In this document: positions 32,108-44,914 of the stretch, piece by piece | Layout of the letters: every line of letters starts with the position of its first letter | Position numbering within the stretch: the stretch's first letter is position 1 | Source of the DNA: an uncultured beta proteobacterium | GTDB taxonomy: Bacteria; Pseudomonadota; Gammaproteobacteria; Burkholderiales; Rhodocyclaceae | DNA: 64,000 nucleotides | Direction of reading: 5' to 3' | Assembly (NCBI GenBank): GCA_963741765.1 | Contig: CAVUJN010000031.1 | Location: 6,606-70,605, forward strand | Notes under the pieces: model-generated | Seen by the model: only the letters and a program-made list of their open reading frames with translations | What the model was told of the DNA's origin: nothing | Databases searched by the model: none | Made by a program: the position numbers and the translations under genes

Positions 32108-33262
32108 TCAGTTGATGTAATCGGGTTGTGCATTGCGAGCGGCCTCCGCCAGTTCTTTCCGGCGACTTTCGGCTTTTGTCCGGGCATATTCGGCAAGGGA
32201 TTCACGCAACAGTTCCATCCCTTCACCTGACCGCGCACTGACACGAACGCGCGCGATATTACCATACTCGTCCCGTTCGACCCCGGCGGCCGCCTCAGTC
32301 AGGTCGATCTTGTTCCAGACGATGACCTGGCGCAGGTCGCGGGCACCGATCTCGGCGAGGACCTTGTTGACCTCGAATATCTGCTCGTCACGGGCGTGGC
32401 TGGCGCTATCGACGACATGCAGGAGCACATCAGCGTCGATCGCCGCCTCCAGCGTCGCATGGAAGGCATCGACCAGCGCATGCGGCAGGGCGCGAATGAA
32501 ACCGACAGTATCGGAAACGACGACATTCCCGGCACCTTCGATCCACAATTTGCGCGAGGTGGTATCGAGCGTCGCGAACAACTGGTTGGCAACATAGACG
32601 CCGGCGTGGGTCAGCGCATTGAACAACGTAGACTTGCCGGCATTGGTGTAGCCGACCAGCGAGACATTGAGCACATCGCCACGCATCCGCGCCTTGCGTT
32701 GGACGCCGCGCTGGCGCGACAGCTTTTGCAGCCGCTCCTTGAGCAGCTTGACGCGGTTGCCGAGCAGACGGCGGTCAGTTTCGAGCTGTGTTTCGCCCGG
32801 ACCGCGCATGCCGATGCCGCCGCGCTGCCGCTCAAGGTGGGTCCAGCCGCGGACCAGACGGGTCGACAGGTGTTCCAGTTGGGCGAGTTCGACCTGCAAC
32901 TTGCCCTCGGCACTGGCTGCGCGCAGCGCAAAGATGTCGAGGATGAGGCTGGTCCGGTCGATCACGCGACACTTGAGTTCACGTTCGAGGTTCCGTTCCT
33001 GGGCTGGCGACAGTTCGTGGTTGAAGATCACCAGATCGGATTCGCCAGCCGCCAGCATGGCCGCGATTTCCTGCACTTTGCCCTTGCCGGCGAAGGTTTT
33101 CGGGTCCGGAGCGTGACGTCGCCCACCGACCTCTGCAACAACCGTCCCGCCGGCCGATTCGGTGAGCAGGCGCACCTCTTCAAGCTGGTCTTCGAGATCG
33201 GGCTGGCCGAAATCGAGCTGAACAATCACCGCACGTTCGCCAGCAGCGGGACGTTCAATCAT
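32108..33262 (-). CDS. hflX: GTPase HflX
   Basis: GKGKVQEI, LSPAQERNLE, GPGETQLETDRR, GYTNAGKSTLFN, DTVGFI. Confidence 0.97.
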   Translation of the reverse strand: MIERPAAGERAVIVQLDFGQPDLEDQLEEVRLLTESAGGTVVAEVGGRRHAPDPKTFAGKGKVQEIAAMLAAGESDLVIFNHELSPAQERNLERELKCRVIDRTSLILDIFALRAASAEGKLQVELAQLEHLSTRLVRGWTHLERQRGGIGMRGPGETQLETDRRLLGNRVKLLKERLQKLSRQRGVQRKARMRGDVLNVSLVGYTNAGKSTLFNALTHAGVYVANQLFATLDTTSRKLWIEGAGNVVVSDTVGFIRALPHALVDAFHATLEAAIDADVLLHVVDSASHARDEQIFEVNKVLAEIGARDLRQVIVWNKIDLTEAAAGVERDEYGNIARVRVSARSGEGMELLRESLAEYARTKAESRRKELAEAARNAQPDYIN

Positions 33263-33325
33263 GGACATTTCCGAAACGGGGAATGACTGGCCCGCCAAAG
33301 CGGCAGGCCTTTGGGCAGAAGACGA

Positions 33326-33562
33326 TTACTCCGCCGCCTGTTCTTGCTGAAGGTTGACCGGACGCGCCGGCACCACCGTGGAGATCGCGTGCTTGTAGAC
33401 CATTTGTGTAACGGTGTTCTTCAAAAGCACGACGTACTGGTCGAAAGATTCAACCTGCCCCTGCAATTTGATGCCATTGACGAGATAGATCGAAACCGGA
33501 ACGTGTTCGCGGCGCAGCGCGTTGAGGAAGGGGTCTTGTAGCAATTGCCCTTTGTTGCTCAT
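33326..33562 (-). CDS. hfq: RNA chaperone Hfq
   Basis: [34 protein letters not shown]. Confidence 0.98.
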   Translation of the reverse strand: MSNKGQLLQDPFLNALRREHVPVSIYLVNGIKLQGQVESFDQYVVLLKNTVTQMVYKHAISTVVPARPVNLQQEQAAE

Positions 33563-33633
33563 GGTGTAGAGCTCCATGTGTGTTGTTATGAGTTGTCTAA
33601 TGTACCCAAAATTGCCTTGGGACGCTAAGGTTT

Positions 33634-34966
33634 TTACTTCTTGTCCTTGTCGGCAAAAGGATTCTTGCTGGTCACGAACTGGATGCGCAGCGGCGTACCC
33701 TGCAACTTGAACGCTTCGCGGAAGGTGTGTTCAAGATAACGGCGATAGCTGTCCGTGATCTGATCGACGGCATTGCCATGAACCACGATGATCGGCGGAT
33801 TGGAGCCGCCCTGGTGGGCATAGCGCGGCTTGGGCCGGAAAACCCCGTGCTTGGGTGGCGCCTGCTTGGCCACCGCATCGATCAGTACGCGTGCCAGGCG
33901 CGGCGTGGACATCTTGGTCATCGCCGCCTTGAACGCAGCATCGACCGAACGGAACAGGGCCTCAAGGCCGACATTGTTGCGTGCGGAAATGAAGTGGAAT
34001 TTCGCGAAATCGAGAAACTTCAGCTTGCGCTGCAGGATCAGGCGCGTCTGCTCGCGGGAATAGGCATCGAGTCCGTCCCACTTGTTGACCGCGACCACCA
34101 GCGCGCGCCCCGACTGCACGATGAAATCAGCGATATGCGCGTCCTGGTCGGAAACATCGGCCTGCGCATCGACCATCAGGATAACGACATTGGCATCCTC
34201 GATCGCTTTCAGTGTCTTGACCACCGAGAATTTCTCGATCGACTCGAAGACCTTGCCGCGCTTGCGCATGCCGGCCGTATCGACCAGCACGTACTTGCGG
34301 CCGCCGCGTTCGAAATCGATCTCGATCGAATCGCGCGTCGTCCCCGGCGCATCGAAGGCGATGACACGCTCTTCGCCGAGCAGTGTGTTGATCAGCGTCG
34401 ACTTGCCGACGTTCGGACGACCGACGATGGCAACGCGGATCACATCGGACTTCTCTTCGTCCTCTTCCGGCTCGGGAAAGGAGGCAAGCGCCAGATCGAC
34501 CAGGCCGCGTACGCCCTCGCCGTGAGCAGAAGAGATGGCGTTCGGTTCACCGAGGCCGAGTTCGTGAAAATCCGCCTCGACCATCCCGGAATTCATGCCT
34601 TCCGCCTTGTTGACCGCAACGAATACCGGCCGCTCCAGGCGCCGCAGCTTGTTGGCAATCTCCTTGTCGTGCGGCGTCAGGCCTGAACGCCCATCGACCA
34701 CGAAAATGACTGCGTCGGCCTCGGCGATCGCCTGTTCGGTCTGGCGCGCCATTTCGTGCAGGATACCTTCCTTGACCAGCGGCTCGAAGCCGCCCGTGTT
34801 GAACGACCAGATAAGGCTTGCTACCCAGTTTGCCGTGGCCGTAATGACGGTCGCGGGTCAGGCCGGGCAGGTCGGCGACGATGGCGTCGCGCGACTTGGT
34901 GAGACGGTTGAACAACGTCGACTTGCCGACATTGGGCCGGCCGACGAGAACCAGGGTTGGTTTCAT
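33634..34966 (-). CDS. der: Ribosome biogenesis GTPase Der/EngA (apparent +1 frameshift near 34800)
   Basis: Two GRPNVGKS P-loops lie in different frames; span is 1333 nt (3n+1); the break falls in the DTGG motif. Confidence 0.93.
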
Positions 34967-36114
34967 TGCGCCTCGACCGCGCTGACACTGCCACCGGTAG
35001 TCTGCACCAGGAAGCCGGAACCGATGGTCTGGACCGGCGTGCGAACCGGTGCGCCGTCGGTTTTCTGGCGCGCCACGAAACTGCCATCCTCACGCGACAG
35101 GAAATGGATTATGCCCTCGCCATCGGCCACGGCAACCACACTACGCTGGACAGCCGGGCCCGAAACACGGCGATGAAGCAGCTTGTCCTGCTTCCAGACG
35201 CTGCCACCGCTGTTGCGATCCAGCGCATGCACTGCACCGCGTTCGTCGACCACGAACAGAAACCGGTTGTCCAAGGCCAGCCCCGATGCCGACGAGAAAT
35301 CACGGCCCCAGAGCAGTGTCCCGCCTTGCGCCATGTCGAAACAGGCGACCCGCCCCTGGAAGGCCACCGCGCAAATCATCCGCCCGTCGATCACCGGCAC
35401 GGAAACGATATCGGCAACCCGATCCAGTTCGGTAGCGCCCTTGGGCGACGCTACCGGCGCCTCCCAGACCGGTGCGCCGTTTTCCAGCGCCAGGGCAACC
35501 AGCTTGCCGCCCGGGAAGCCGACGAAGACGAAGCGATCGGCAAAGACCGGCGGCGCCGTGCTGCGCAGCGCCAGCGACGGCGTCGACCGTTGGTAGATCC
35601 ACTTGCGGGCGCCGCTGGCGGTATCCAGCAGCACCACCCGATTGTCGCCGCTCTTGACGACGACGCCATCCGGGCCGACGGCCGGGGCCGCGAGAATCTC
35701 GCTGGTCACCCTGGCGGTCCACTGTGGCTGTCCATCCGCAGCGGAAAATGCCAGGACATCGCCCTTGGCGGTGCCGACGACGACCAGCCGCGAATCGGCG
35801 CCAACGCCCGCCGACAGTTCCTGCTCCGCCCGGATCGACCACTCCGTGCGCCCATCGACCAGCTTTCTGACCGTGCCGTCACGCGCGGCAACATAGACCG
35901 CATTGCCGACCACGGCCGGCGTGAAGGTGTAGTTGCCGGCCTTGCCGACGCCTGCCGACCACAATTCCCGCACATTGACGGTTGGCTCGAGTTTGACCAG
36001 GGGCGCCATTTTCGGGCCCGAGGAAGCAAACGGGTTGATCGAGTCAAGTGCCGAACAACCGGCAACGAGAAGGCTGGCTACAGCCAGCAAGGGGAGCAGG
36101 CGGCGCGCCATCAT
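34963..36114 (-). CDS. bamB: Outer membrane protein assembly factor BamB
   Basis: Lipobox LVAGC, PQQ-like beta-propeller repeats, [11 protein letters not shown]; conserved synteny. Confidence 0.94.
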   Translation of the reverse strand: MMARRLLPLLAVASLLVAGCSALDSINPFASSGPKMAPLVKLEPTVNVRELWSAGVGKAGNYTFTPAVVGNAVYVAARDGTVRKLVDGRTEWSIRAEQELSAGVGADSRLVVVGTAKGDVLAFSAADGQPQWTARVTSEILAAPAVGPDGVVVKSGDNRVVLLDTASGARKWIYQRSTPSLALRSTAPPVFADRFVFVGFPGGKLVALALENGAPVWEAPVASPKGATELDRVADIVSVPVIDGRMICAVAFQGRVACFDMAQGGTLLWGRDFSSASGLALDNRFLFVVDERGAVHALDRNSGGSVWKQDKLLHRRVSGPAVQRSVVAVADGEGIIHFLSREDGSFVARQKTDGAPVRTPVQTIGSGFLVQTTGGSVSAVEAQ

Positions 36115-36761
36115 GCCACCTCGCCCAGGCTGTCCAGCTTCTGCTGCAGCAGTTGGCGACCGGCAGCAGCGCCCCGGCTCGCAAGAGTTTCGCTCTTGTC
36201 CAGTGCCGCCTTGTAGGCGCTGCGCGCTTCGGATTTCTTGCCCTGGGCCGCCAGCACATCGCCCTTGAGTTCGAGGAAGCGGGCGGCAAAAGCTGCCGCA
36301 TGGGCCGAATCCAGCTGCTTGAGTGCATCGTCGTAGGCCTTTTCGTCAAGCAACACGGCGGCCAGGCGCAGGCGGGCGAGATCCTTGATCTCTTCCTGGC
36401 CATTATCCGCCGCCCAAGTGAGCTGGGTTTTGGCTGTTTTCAGATCACCCGCCTCGAAGGACTGGCGTGCGGCGACCAGCGCGCCAAGCGACGCGTAACT
36501 GGTGTTGCCGAATTTCTCGGCCAGTTCCCCGGCCGCCACTTTCACTTTCTGCGCGTCGCGCACGGCCGCTGCCTGTTCGAGCACGGCGTAGATGGCCGAA
36601 GCCTTGGCTGCCTGGTTGCGCTGGTACCAGGTCCAGCCCTGCCAGCTGACGACGACTAGGGAAGCGGCGACGACGATGCCGGTCACCAGGTTGCCGTACA
36701 TTTTCCACCAGGTCTTGATGGAGTCTATCTGTTCCTGCTCTTCGAGGTCGTAGTGAGCCAT
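36111..36761 (-). CDS. yfgM: YfgM family TPR-like membrane-anchored protein
   Basis: YDLEEQEQIDSIKTWWKMYGN, ARLRLAAV, ELKGDVL. Confidence 0.92.
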   Translation of the reverse strand: MAHYDLEEQEQIDSIKTWWKMYGNLVTGIVVAASLVVVSWQGWTWYQRNQAAKASAIYAVLEQAAAVRDAQKVKVAAGELAEKFGNTSYASLGALVAARQSFEAGDLKTAKTQLTWAADNGQEEIKDLARLRLAAVLLDEKAYDDALKQLDSAHAAAFAARFLELKGDVLAAQGKKSEARSAYKAALDKSETLASRGAAAGRQLLQQKLDSLGEVA

Positions 36762-36765
36762 GCGC

Positions 36766-38055
36766 TTAATCCTCTTCGTCCGAATCGATCAATTGTCCGA
36801 TGATGGCTTCCGCCAGATCATCGACCGTCAGTTTCAACTGCGCCGCACCTTCCTCGCGCAGGGGCTTGAGCTGCGCCTCGCCGGTCGCCGCCTCGTCATC
36901 GCCAATGATGACAGCAAAGGTCGCCCCGCTGCCATCTGCCTTCTTCATCTGCGACTTGAAGCTGCCGCCGCCGCAATGCTGGAGTACGGCGATGCCCTGG
37001 TCACGCAGGCCTTCGGCGACGCGGAAGGCAAGACGCGCCGCATCGTCACCCTGGTGCACAAGATAGACATCGGGCGCCGGCGCCGCGGGTTCGCCGCCGG
37101 CTTCCTTGATCAGTGCGATTAGGCGCTCGATACCCATCGCGAACCCGCAGGCCGGCGCCGGCTTGCCGCCGAGCTGGCCGACCAGACCGTCGAAGCGCCC
37201 GCCGGCGCAGACCGTACCCTGGGCGCCGAGTTTGTCGGTGACCCACTCGAATACCGTCAGGTTGTAATAATCGAGGCCGCGCACCAGGCGCGGGTTGATC
37301 TTGTAGGGCAGCCCGGCGTCACGCAGGATGCGCTGCACGCCCTCAAAATGCGCCAGCGACTCGGCACCGAGGAAATCGATCAGCCGTGGCGCGCCGGCGC
37401 ACAAATCCTGCAGCGCCGGGTTCTTGGTGTCGAGGATACGCAACGGATTGGTATATAGCCGGCGCTTGCCGTCTTCGTCCAGCCGTTCGGCGTTTTCCTC
37501 GAAATAGCTGACCAGCGCAGCCCGGTGCTGCGCACGCTCGTCCGGCTGGCCCAGACTGTTGATCTGCAGCTCGATGCCGTCAAGCCCGAGGTCGCCCCAC
37601 AGACGGGCGCCCATCAGGATCATTTCGGCATCGATGTCGGGACCGGCATAGCCGAGCGCCTCGACGCCGACCTGATGAAACTGTCGATAGCGCCCCTTCT
37701 GCGGACGCTCATGGCGGAACATCTGGCCCAGGTAATAAAGCCGGGCCGGCTGGCGGGCGATCAGGTTGTGCTCGATGACCGCGCGCACGCAACCGGCCGT
37801 TCCTTCGGGGCGCAAGGTCAGCGCCTCGCCGTTCAGGCTGTCGATGAAGGAATACATTTCCTTTTCGACGATGTCGGTCACTTCGCCGATCGCCCGCTTG
37901 AAGAGCGGCGTCGGCTCGACGATCGGCAGCCGGATCGGCCGGTAGCCATAGCTCTTCAGCCACGAACGGATGGTCTCCTCGAACAGCTCCCAGAATTCGG
38001 CCTCGGCGGGCAGGATGTCGTTCATCCCGCGCACGGCTTGCAGCGTTTGGCTCAT
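36766..38055 (-). CDS. hisS: Histidine--tRNA ligase
   Basis: [49 protein letters not shown]. Confidence 0.98.
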   Translation of the reverse strand: MSQTLQAVRGMNDILPAEAEFWELFEETIRSWLKSYGYRPIRLPIVEPTPLFKRAIGEVTDIVEKEMYSFIDSLNGEALTLRPEGTAGCVRAVIEHNLIARQPARLYYLGQMFRHERPQKGRYRQFHQVGVEALGYAGPDIDAEMILMGARLWGDLGLDGIELQINSLGQPDERAQHRAALVSYFEENAERLDEDGKRRLYTNPLRILDTKNPALQDLCAGAPRLIDFLGAESLAHFEGVQRILRDAGLPYKINPRLVRGLDYYNLTVFEWVTDKLGAQGTVCAGGRFDGLVGQLGGKPAPACGFAMGIERLIALIKEAGGEPAAPAPDVYLVHQGDDAARLAFRVAEGLRDQGIAVLQHCGGGSFKSQMKKADGSGATFAVIIGDDEAATGEAQLKPLREEGAAQLKLTVDDLAEAIIGQLIDSDEED

Positions 38056-39281
38056 GACTTCAATTTCTTGACATAGGTGCGCTGAACGTAGCGCTCGATG
38101 ATCTGCTTGAATTCGCTGGCGATATTTTCGCCCTTGAGCGTAACGGTCTTTTCGCCATCCTCGAAAACCGGGGCCGACGGCGCTTCCCCGGTACCGGGCA
38201 GCGAGATGCCGATATTGGCATGCTTCGACTCGCCCGGGCCGTTGACGATGCAGCCCATGACGGCCAGTGTCATGTTCTCGGCACCGTCGTAATGCAGCTT
38301 CCACTCGGGCATCCTGGCCCGGACGAATTCCTGCACCTCGCCGGCCAGTTCCTGGAACAGGGTGCTGGTCGTCCGCCCGCATCCGGGACAGGCCGCGACC
38401 ATCGGCGTGAAGGCACGCAGGCCCATGGTCTGCAGGATTTCCTGGGCGACGATGACTTCCTGGGTCCGCGAACCGCCCGGCTCCGGCGTCAGCGAAATCC
38501 TGATCGTGTCGCCTATGCCTTCCTGCAGCAAAACCGCGAGCGCTGCGGTCGACGCGACAATTCCCTTGGATCCCATGCCGGCCTCGGTCAGTCCGAGATG
38601 CAGTGCGTAATCGGCACGCTGCGCCAGTTCGCGGTAGATGGCGATCAGGTCCTGCACGCTCGATACCTTGCATGAGAGGATGATCTTGTCACCGGCCAGC
38701 CCGACGTCCTGCGCCCGGGCTGCCGATTCCAGCGCCGAGGTCACCATCGCATGGCGCATGATCGCGGTCGCGTCGAGCGGTTCGGACTTGCGGCTGTTCT
38801 CGTCCATGATCCGCGCCATCAGGCTCTGGTCGAGACTGCCCCAATTTACCCCGATGCGCACCGGCTTGTCGTACTTGCAGGCCAGTTCGACCATCTGCGC
38901 GAACTGCTCGTCCTTTTTTTTGCCGAAACCGACATTGCCCGGGTTGATCCGGTACTTGGCCAGCGCTTCGGCACAGGCCGGGCTGTCGCTCAGCAGGCGG
39001 TGGCCGTTGTAGTGGAAATCGCCGATCAGCGGCACCGCACAGTCCATACGGTCAAGGTGCTCGCGGATTTTCGGCACGGCCGCCGCGGCTTCCGGCGTAT
39101 TGACGGTGATCCGCACCAGTTCCGAGCCGGCGCGCGCCAGTTCGGCGCACTGAATTGCGGTAGCCAGGTAGTCGGCGGTATCGGTATTGGTCATCGACTG
39201 GACGACGACCGGTGCGCTACCACCCAGTTTCACGTGTCCGATCAAACAACTTCGCGTCAGGCGCTTGGCAACTGCGGTCAA
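38052..39281 (-). CDS. ispG: 4-hydroxy-3-methylbut-2-en-1-yl diphosphate synthase
   Basis: [41 protein letters not shown]; TTG start with GGAG RBS inferred. Confidence 0.96.
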   Translation of the reverse strand: MTAVAKRLTRSCLIGHVKLGGSAPVVVQSMTNTDTADYLATAIQCAELARAGSELVRITVNTPEAAAAVPKIREHLDRMDCAVPLIGDFHYNGHRLLSDSPACAEALAKYRINPGNVGFGKKKDEQFAQMVELACKYDKPVRIGVNWGSLDQSLMARIMDENSRKSEPLDATAIMRHAMVTSALESAARAQDVGLAGDKIILSCKVSSVQDLIAIYRELAQRADYALHLGLTEAGMGSKGIVASTAALAVLLQEGIGDTIRISLTPEPGGSRTQEVIVAQEILQTMGLRAFTPMVAACPGCGRTTSTLFQELAGEVQEFVRARMPEWKLHYDGAENMTLAVMGCIVNGPGESKHANIGISLPGTGEAPSAPVFEDGEKTVTLKGENIASEFKQIIERYVQRTYVKKLKS

Positions 39282-39285
39282 CGGC

Positions 39286-40257
39286 TCACTCCAGCACGAG
39301 GCGGGCAATCTGGCCCTTGGTATGCGGCGCCAGATCGATCGCCTGGCCACGCCAGAACAACTTGACCCCTGGTGCGTAACCGATGACCAGTGAGAGCGGC
39401 CCCTGACCATTCACGCCTTCCTCCGAACCGGCAGCACCGCGCTGCGAGAAAATCACCTTGTTGTCGCGATCGCGCACTTCAACCCAGGATTCCTTGGCAA
39501 AGACGAAACGCAGCTGCGCGGCATCCGCCACCGCTGTTTTTTCAGCCGGGGTGGGCTTTTCGCTGGCAGATGGAACCGCGGGGGTTATCCCGGGTGGCAC
39601 CCCCGGAGGCACCACTGCCGGCGCGTCGAGTTTGGCTGGCGCCAGTTCGCTGACCGCCTGCGCTTGCGGATTCATGACCTGCTCCTGTGTCGCACCCGGC
39701 GGGAAGACCGGCTCAGCCGGAGCGGCCGGCGGAGCTGAAGCGACCAACGGCGCAGTCGCCGCCTCCTGGCGCGACAACGAATCGATCAGGCCCTGTGCCT
39801 TTTCGCGCAGCGCCTGGAGATCATTGGGCAACAGCACGTAGGCCAGACCAGCGAGGACCACGAGGAGGAGGCCGGCAAAAACTACCGTTCGATCCCGGCG
39901 TGGCTGACTGCTCGGCATCGTCGCCATCCGGGTATCCGAAACGTTCAGGCTGTCGGCCGGTTTTTCGAGTGCCGCATCGAGCAGTTCCATCAGCGGCGCC
40001 GGGTCGATCTGCAGTACGCGTGCATAGTTGCGCACGAAACCGCGAATGAAGGTTTGTCCCGGCAGGCCGTGCCAGTGGCCGCGCTCCAGAGCCTCGACCT
40101 GGCGCGTGCCAAGCTTGAGGGTCTGCGCGATATCGCTGACACTCAGCGAACGCATCTCGCGTGCCAGACGGAGCCGGGCGCCGACGTCCGGAAGTGGTCC
40201 GCTGACAACCTCTGCCGGCTGATCCGGCTGGCGATCCGGGCTCACTGACTCGGTCAT
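39286..40257 (-). CDS. rodZ: RodZ-like HTH / DUF4115 protein
   Basis: [20 protein letters not shown], one TM helix, C-terminal ESWVEVRD; conserved synteny. Confidence 0.9.
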   Translation of the reverse strand: MTESVSPDRQPDQPAEVVSGPLPDVGARLRLAREMRSLSVSDIAQTLKLGTRQVEALERGHWHGLPGQTFIRGFVRNYARVLQIDPAPLMELLDAALEKPADSLNVSDTRMATMPSSQPRRDRTVVFAGLLLVVLAGLAYVLLPNDLQALREKAQGLIDSLSRQEAATAPLVASAPPAAPAEPVFPPGATQEQVMNPQAQAVSELAPAKLDAPAVVPPGVPPGITPAVPSASEKPTPAEKTAVADAAQLRFVFAKESWVEVRDRDNKVIFSQRGAAGSEEGVNGQGPLSLVIGYAPGVKLFWRGQAIDLAPHTKGQIARLVLE

Positions 40258-41117
40258 TCAAAGTTACCCTTCAGGAATTGCTGGTACTCGTTCGATGTCG
40301 GATAGCGGCTGCGCAACTGCGAAGCATAACTACCCTCGCCTGCCTTGTTACCCAATTTGCGCTCGAGGCGTACGCCCAGCCAGAGCGCCTCCGGCGTCGG
40401 CGGTTCCATTACCTTGATTGCCTCGTTCAGATAGACCTTGGACTCGTCGAGATTGCCGCGCTGATAGAAAACATTGGCCAATTCGTAACGCGCATCCGGC
40501 GCCGCATTGTGCGACACGCGCAGCGCATTCAGCAGATAGCCCTGCGCGCCCTCCAGATCACCTGCCTTGGTTGCGCACTTGCCGGCGTTCGTATAGGCCA
40601 CGTCCGGCGTTGCATAGAGCGGATCCTTCAAGGCATTCAGGAAATACTGGATCGACTGCCGCGGCTGGCCGGTTTCGCAAAGAAACCAGCCATAGTTGTT
40701 GTTGATATCAGGATTATTCGGGTCAATCTTGAGCGCCCGCCGGAAATCCTCCTCGGCCTTGGCGTTTTCCTTGAGCTTGGCATAGATCAGGCCGCGCATG
40801 CTGTATCCCTGGATATAGTCGGGATCGGCTTCGATGGCGATGCCGGCCTCCTGGAGCGCCACCTTCATGTTGCCCGCCTGGTAGTAGGCGCCGGCCAGTT
40901 CGGTATGAATCTTCGCGCGCAGCCTGGGGTCGGCCGGACGGACAACCTGCGCCTCAGCCTCCGGGGTGACGACCGTGGTCGCTCCGCCGCCGCCCGGCGC
41001 ATTGCTCGGTCGGTCGGTCTTGATCCAGTCGTAACTCTGCTGCGCATGGGCGAACAGCGCGCTGCATGCACCCAAACAGGCGACCAAAATCTGCTTCTTC
41101 ATCATCAAGCCGGTCAT
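40254..41117 (-). CDS. pilW: Type IV pilus biogenesis/stability TPR protein PilW/PilF
   Basis: [28 protein letters not shown]-like motif, TPR repeats. Confidence 0.9.
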   Translation of the reverse strand: MTGLMMKKQILVACLGACSALFAHAQQSYDWIKTDRPSNAPGGGGATTVVTPEAEAQVVRPADPRLRAKIHTELAGAYYQAGNMKVALQEAGIAIEADPDYIQGYSMRGLIYAKLKENAKAEEDFRRALKIDPNNPDINNNYGWFLCETGQPRQSIQYFLNALKDPLYATPDVAYTNAGKCATKAGDLEGAQGYLLNALRVSHNAAPDARYELANVFYQRGNLDESKVYLNEAIKVMEPPTPEALWLGVRLERKLGNKAGEGSYASQLRSRYPTSNEYQQFLKGNFE

Positions 41118-42208
41118 GTCCTAGCCTCCTGAAGTGGAATGATTCGCCGGTCGGCACGCCGGGTCTTGTCCAGCACCTGCCCGGCCAGTTGGCCGCAGGC
41201 GGCGTCGATGTCGTCACCGCGCGTCTTGCGCGTCGTGGTAACAATGCCCGCCCCCATCAGTATGTCGGCAAAACGCCGCACCCGCTCCGCCGGCGAACGC
41301 CTGAATGGCGACCCCGGGAAGGGGTTGAAGGGAATCAGGTTGAACTTGCAATGCACCGTCTTGACCAGCGCCAGCAACTCGCGGGCATGGGCATCGCTGT
41401 CGTTGATACCGTCGAGCATGATGTACTCGAAGGTGATGAAATCGCGCGGCGCCTTGTCCAGATAACGGCGACAGGCCGCCATCAGTGCCTTGAGCGGATA
41501 TTTTTGATTGATCGGCACCAGTTCGTCGCGCAGGCGGTCGTTCGGCGCATGCAGCGAGACGGCCAGGGCCACCGGGCACTCGTCGCCCAGACGGTCCATG
41601 ACCGGCACCAGACCGGACGTGGAAACGGTCACGCGGCGCCGCGACAGGCCGTAGGCGTTGTCATCGAGCATCAACTTGAGCGCTGTTACCGAATTTTCGA
41701 AATTGGCGAGCGGCTCGCCCATGCCCATCAGCACGACGTTGGAAATGACCCGTTCGTCACCGTGGACCGCACCGAGCGCGTGGTTTGCCTGCCAGACCTG
41801 CCCGATGATCTCGGCCACCGTCAGGTTACGGTTGAAACCCTGCTTGCCGGTCGAGCAGAAGGCACAGTCGAGCGCACAACCGGCTTGTGTGGACACGCAA
41901 AGCGTGCCGCGGTCGTCCTCGGGAATGAACACCGTTTCCACCGCGTTGCCGTTGCCGACGTCGATCAGGAACTTGCGCGTGCCGTCGTCCGACAACTTGT
42001 CGGAAACGATCGCCGGCGGCGCCACGACCGCCCGCGCCTTGAGCTTGTCGCGCAGGCTCTTGGCGATGTCGGTCATGGCGTCGAAATCCGCCACGCCGGC
42101 ACGATGCACCCAGCGTAGCACCTGCTTCGCGCGGAAGGGCTTTTCGCCCTGCCCGGCAAACCAGGCGGTCAGGCCTTCGGCATCGAAATCCAGCAGATTG
42201 ACGGTCAT
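41114..42208 (-). CDS. rlmN: Dual-specificity RNA methyltransferase RlmN
   Basis: [15 protein letters not shown] radical SAM motif, [15 protein letters not shown]. Confidence 0.97.
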   Translation of the reverse strand: MTVNLLDFDAEGLTAWFAGQGEKPFRAKQVLRWVHRAGVADFDAMTDIAKSLRDKLKARAVVAPPAIVSDKLSDDGTRKFLIDVGNGNAVETVFIPEDDRGTLCVSTQAGCALDCAFCSTGKQGFNRNLTVAEIIGQVWQANHALGAVHGDERVISNVVLMGMGEPLANFENSVTALKLMLDDNAYGLSRRRVTVSTSGLVPVMDRLGDECPVALAVSLHAPNDRLRDELVPINQKYPLKALMAACRRYLDKAPRDFITFEYIMLDGINDSDAHARELLALVKTVHCKFNLIPFNPFPGSPFRRSPAERVRRFADILMGAGIVTTTRKTRGDDIDAACGQLAGQVLDKTRRADRRIIPLQEART

Positions 42209-42242
42209 GCAGCGTTGGCTTGGCGAATGAGTCGGCGAAAGA

Positions 42243-42671
42243 TCAGCGACCGGAGTAGACGCTCATGCCGGGGAAGAAGAAGCCGATTTCGACCGCAGCG
42301 GTTTCCGGGGCATCCGAGCCATGCACGGCATTGGCGTCGATCGATTCGGCGAAGTCGGCGCGGATGGTGCCGGCGTCGGCCTTCTTCGGGTCGGTGGCGC
42401 CCATCAGTTCGCGGTTCTTGGCGATGGCGCTCTCGCCTTCGAGCACCTGGATCATGACCGGGCCGGAAATCATGAAGGAAACCAGATCCTTGAAGAACGG
42501 ACGCTCCTTGTGCACGCCGTAGAACTGGCCGGCTTCCTGCGGCGATAGCCAGGCCATCTTGGCGGCGACGACCTTGAGGCCGTTGGACTCAAAACGGGAG
42601 TAGATCTTGCCGATGACGTTCTTGGCGACGGCGTCGGGTTTGATGATGGAGAGAGTACGTTCGATAGCCAT
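42243..42671 (-). CDS. ndk: Nucleoside diphosphate kinase
   Basis: [26 protein letters not shown]. Confidence 0.98.
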   Translation of the reverse strand: MAIERTLSIIKPDAVAKNVIGKIYSRFESNGLKVVAAKMAWLSPQEAGQFYGVHKERPFFKDLVSFMISGPVMIQVLEGESAIAKNRELMGATDPKKADAGTIRADFAESIDANAVHGSDAPETAAVEIGFFFPGMSVYSGR

Positions 42672-42742
42672 TTGATTGCTCCGCAGTGCTAGACAGTTGA
42701 AAAACGGGCAATTTTAGCAGATATGAGGCAAACGCGCCCCGC

Positions 42743-43426
42743 TCAACGCTGCGCGCTTTCCGGCGGCGCCGCCAGCAACGGGTCGCGCAGGCGGGCAAAA
42801 TGCCGTGGCGCAACGTATTGCAGCAATTCCTTGCCGTCCTTGTCGACCATCACGTCGAGACCGAACTTCGGGTACAGCAGGTGGGTGCGCTTTTCGGAAA
42901 CCACGAGGCGCTCGCCCGGCTCGCCGAAGCGCTGCATGACCGTCGCCTCGTCCAGATTCACCGTCGGGATCACGCTGATGGCGCGGATCGGCAGCCGGTC
43001 AGCGGCCGCAAGGTCATCCGGATGCAGCGTGATGCGGCGCGTCGTGCTCTCCATGTGCTTGGCCTTCAGCGCCCGCTCGCGCATCGCGGAAATCGCCTCG
43101 TTTGTCGCGTCAACCGTAACGATCATCTTGGCTAGCACGAAACCCAGCGGCACCTGCGAATAATAGCCTTCCAGCGAACCGATCTCGTTCGGCTCGGCGA
43201 TGATCGCCACCTCGATCTCGTCACCCAGCCGCCGCCGTACGTCGCCCAGCGTGCTGGCACCGGGCTTCAGCCCGAAGACTTCGCTACCGCCCTGGTCGTC
43301 CGCGACGATCTGCCATGGCAGGTTGGCGTTCGGATCGACGCCTTCCTGCTTGCCCGAGCCAGGGATGAAAAACGGCACGATCAGCGCGAGCAGGATGAGG
43401 GCGATCAGGGTCAGGGCGAATTTCAT
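42743..43426 (-). CDS. Conserved hypothetical exported/membrane-anchored protein
   Basis: N-terminal hydrophobic segment, LPWQI, FGEP; host-like codon usage. Confidence 0.75.
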   Translation of the reverse strand: MKFALTLIALILLALIVPFFIPGSGKQEGVDPNANLPWQIVADDQGGSEVFGLKPGASTLGDVRRRLGDEIEVAIIAEPNEIGSLEGYYSQVPLGFVLAKMIVTVDATNEAISAMRERALKAKHMESTTRRITLHPDDLAAADRLPIRAISVIPTVNLDEATVMQRFGEPGERLVVSEKRTHLLYPKFGLDVMVDKDGKELLQYVAPRHFARLRDPLLAAPPESAQR

Positions 43427-43581
43427 GGGGATGGGAACCACATAGACGGAGGACGAATTCTGCCATAGCCCCTGGCGCGCCGAGTGCACATCCGGCGAAG
43501 CCCGGCAAGACCGGCTTGGAACCCAAATAACGGCGCGGAGTCTCAGTGTTGCCATCTTTGTAACAACTCCCGCCGGAAAGA

Positions 43582-43609
43582 CAAAGCCCCGACCGGGGCC
43601 GGGACTTTG
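43582..43609 (-). terminator. Terminator after dctM
   Basis: CAAAGTCCCG...CGGGGCTTTG stem on the minus strand, followed by TCTTT. Confidence 0.65.
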
Positions 43610-43630
43610 CGGGGCAGTACTTCAGAATCC

Positions 43631-44914
43631 TCAGAGCATGCCGAGTTGCCGCGGCAGCCAGAGTGAGAGTTCCGGCCAGTAGGTGACCACCATCAGGAAG
43701 CCGAGCATCGACAGCAACCACGGCCAGACTGCGACCGTCAGTTCGGTGATGCCCATCTTGGTGATGCCCGACGCCACATAGAGGTTCAGCCCAACCGGCG
43801 GGTGACACATGCCGACCTCCATGTTCACCACCATCAGGATGCCGAAATGCACCGGATGGATGCCCAGCGCAGTGGCGACCGGGAACAGGATCGGCGCGAA
43901 GATCAGGACGATCGACGACGGTTCCATGAAGTTGCCGGCGAGCAGCAGGATGACGTTGACCGCGAGCAGGAAGGTGATGACGCCCAGCCCGTTGCCCAGC
44001 ATCCAGTCGGCCAGCGCCTGCGGGATGTTCTCGTTGGTCATGATGAACGAGAAGAGCACGGCGTTGGTGATGATGTAGAGCAGCATCGCCGACATGTTGG
44101 CCGAGTTGAGCAGCACCTTGGGGACGTCCTTCATGCCCAGGTCCTTGTAGATGAAGACGGCGCAAATGAAGGCGTAGACCGCAGACATCGCTGCTGCTTC
44201 GGTCGGCGTGAAAATGCCGGAGTAGATGCCACCCATGACCACGACGATCAGCAGCAGACCCCAGACCGAAGCACGGAAGGACTTCCAGCGTTCGCCCCAG
44301 GTCGCCTTGGGCTGGCGCGGGTAGTTGAACTTCTTGGCGCGGTACCAGGTAACGCCGCCCAGCACGCCAGCCAAGGCCAGGCCCGGGATGACGCCGGCCA
44401 TGAACAGGGCGCCGACCGAGGTATTGGTCGCCACCGAGTACATCACCATGACGATGGACGGCGGGATCAGGATGCCGAGCGCGCCGGAAGTCGTGATGAC
44501 GCCGGCCCCGAAGGTTTTCGGGAAGCCCGCCTTGACCATCGCCGGCAGCAGGATCGAGCCGATTGCCACAACGGTCGCCGGACTGGAACCGGAAACCGCG
44601 GCGAACAGCGCGCAAGCCAGCACGCCGCCGAGACCGAGGCCGCCGTACCAGTGGCCGACCATGGCGGTGGCGAAATTGATCATCCTTTTCGCCACCCCGC
44701 CGTGGGTCAGGAAGTTGCCGGCGAGAATGAAGAACGGGATGGCCATGATCTCGAACTTCTCGATACCCGTGAACAGTTTGAGCGCCACCGATTCGAGCGG
44801 CACGGTCGTCATCGTGAACAGGAAGGTCAGCACCGTCAGGCCAAGCGAAATCGAGATCGGCATGCCGGTCAGCATGAGAACGGCCAGCAGGCTGAAAATT
44901 ACGAGCGCGTTCAT
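43631..44914 (-). CDS. dctM: TRAP transporter large permease
   Basis: AIPFFILAGNFL, AVSGSSPAT, GALGILIPPSI, GMCHPPVGLNL. Confidence 0.95.
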   Translation of the reverse strand: MNALVIFSLLAVLMLTGMPISISLGLTVLTFLFTMTTVPLESVALKLFTGIEKFEIMAIPFFILAGNFLTHGGVAKRMINFATAMVGHWYGGLGLGGVLACALFAAVSGSSPATVVAIGSILLPAMVKAGFPKTFGAGVITTSGALGILIPPSIVMVMYSVATNTSVGALFMAGVIPGLALAGVLGGVTWYRAKKFNYPRQPKATWGERWKSFRASVWGLLLIVVVMGGIYSGIFTPTEAAAMSAVYAFICAVFIYKDLGMKDVPKVLLNSANMSAMLLYIITNAVLFSFIMTNENIPQALADWMLGNGLGVITFLLAVNVILLLAGNFMEPSSIVLIFAPILFPVATALGIHPVHFGILMVVNMEVGMCHPPVGLNLYVASGITKMGITELTVAVWPWLLSMLGFLMVVTYWPELSLWLPRQLGML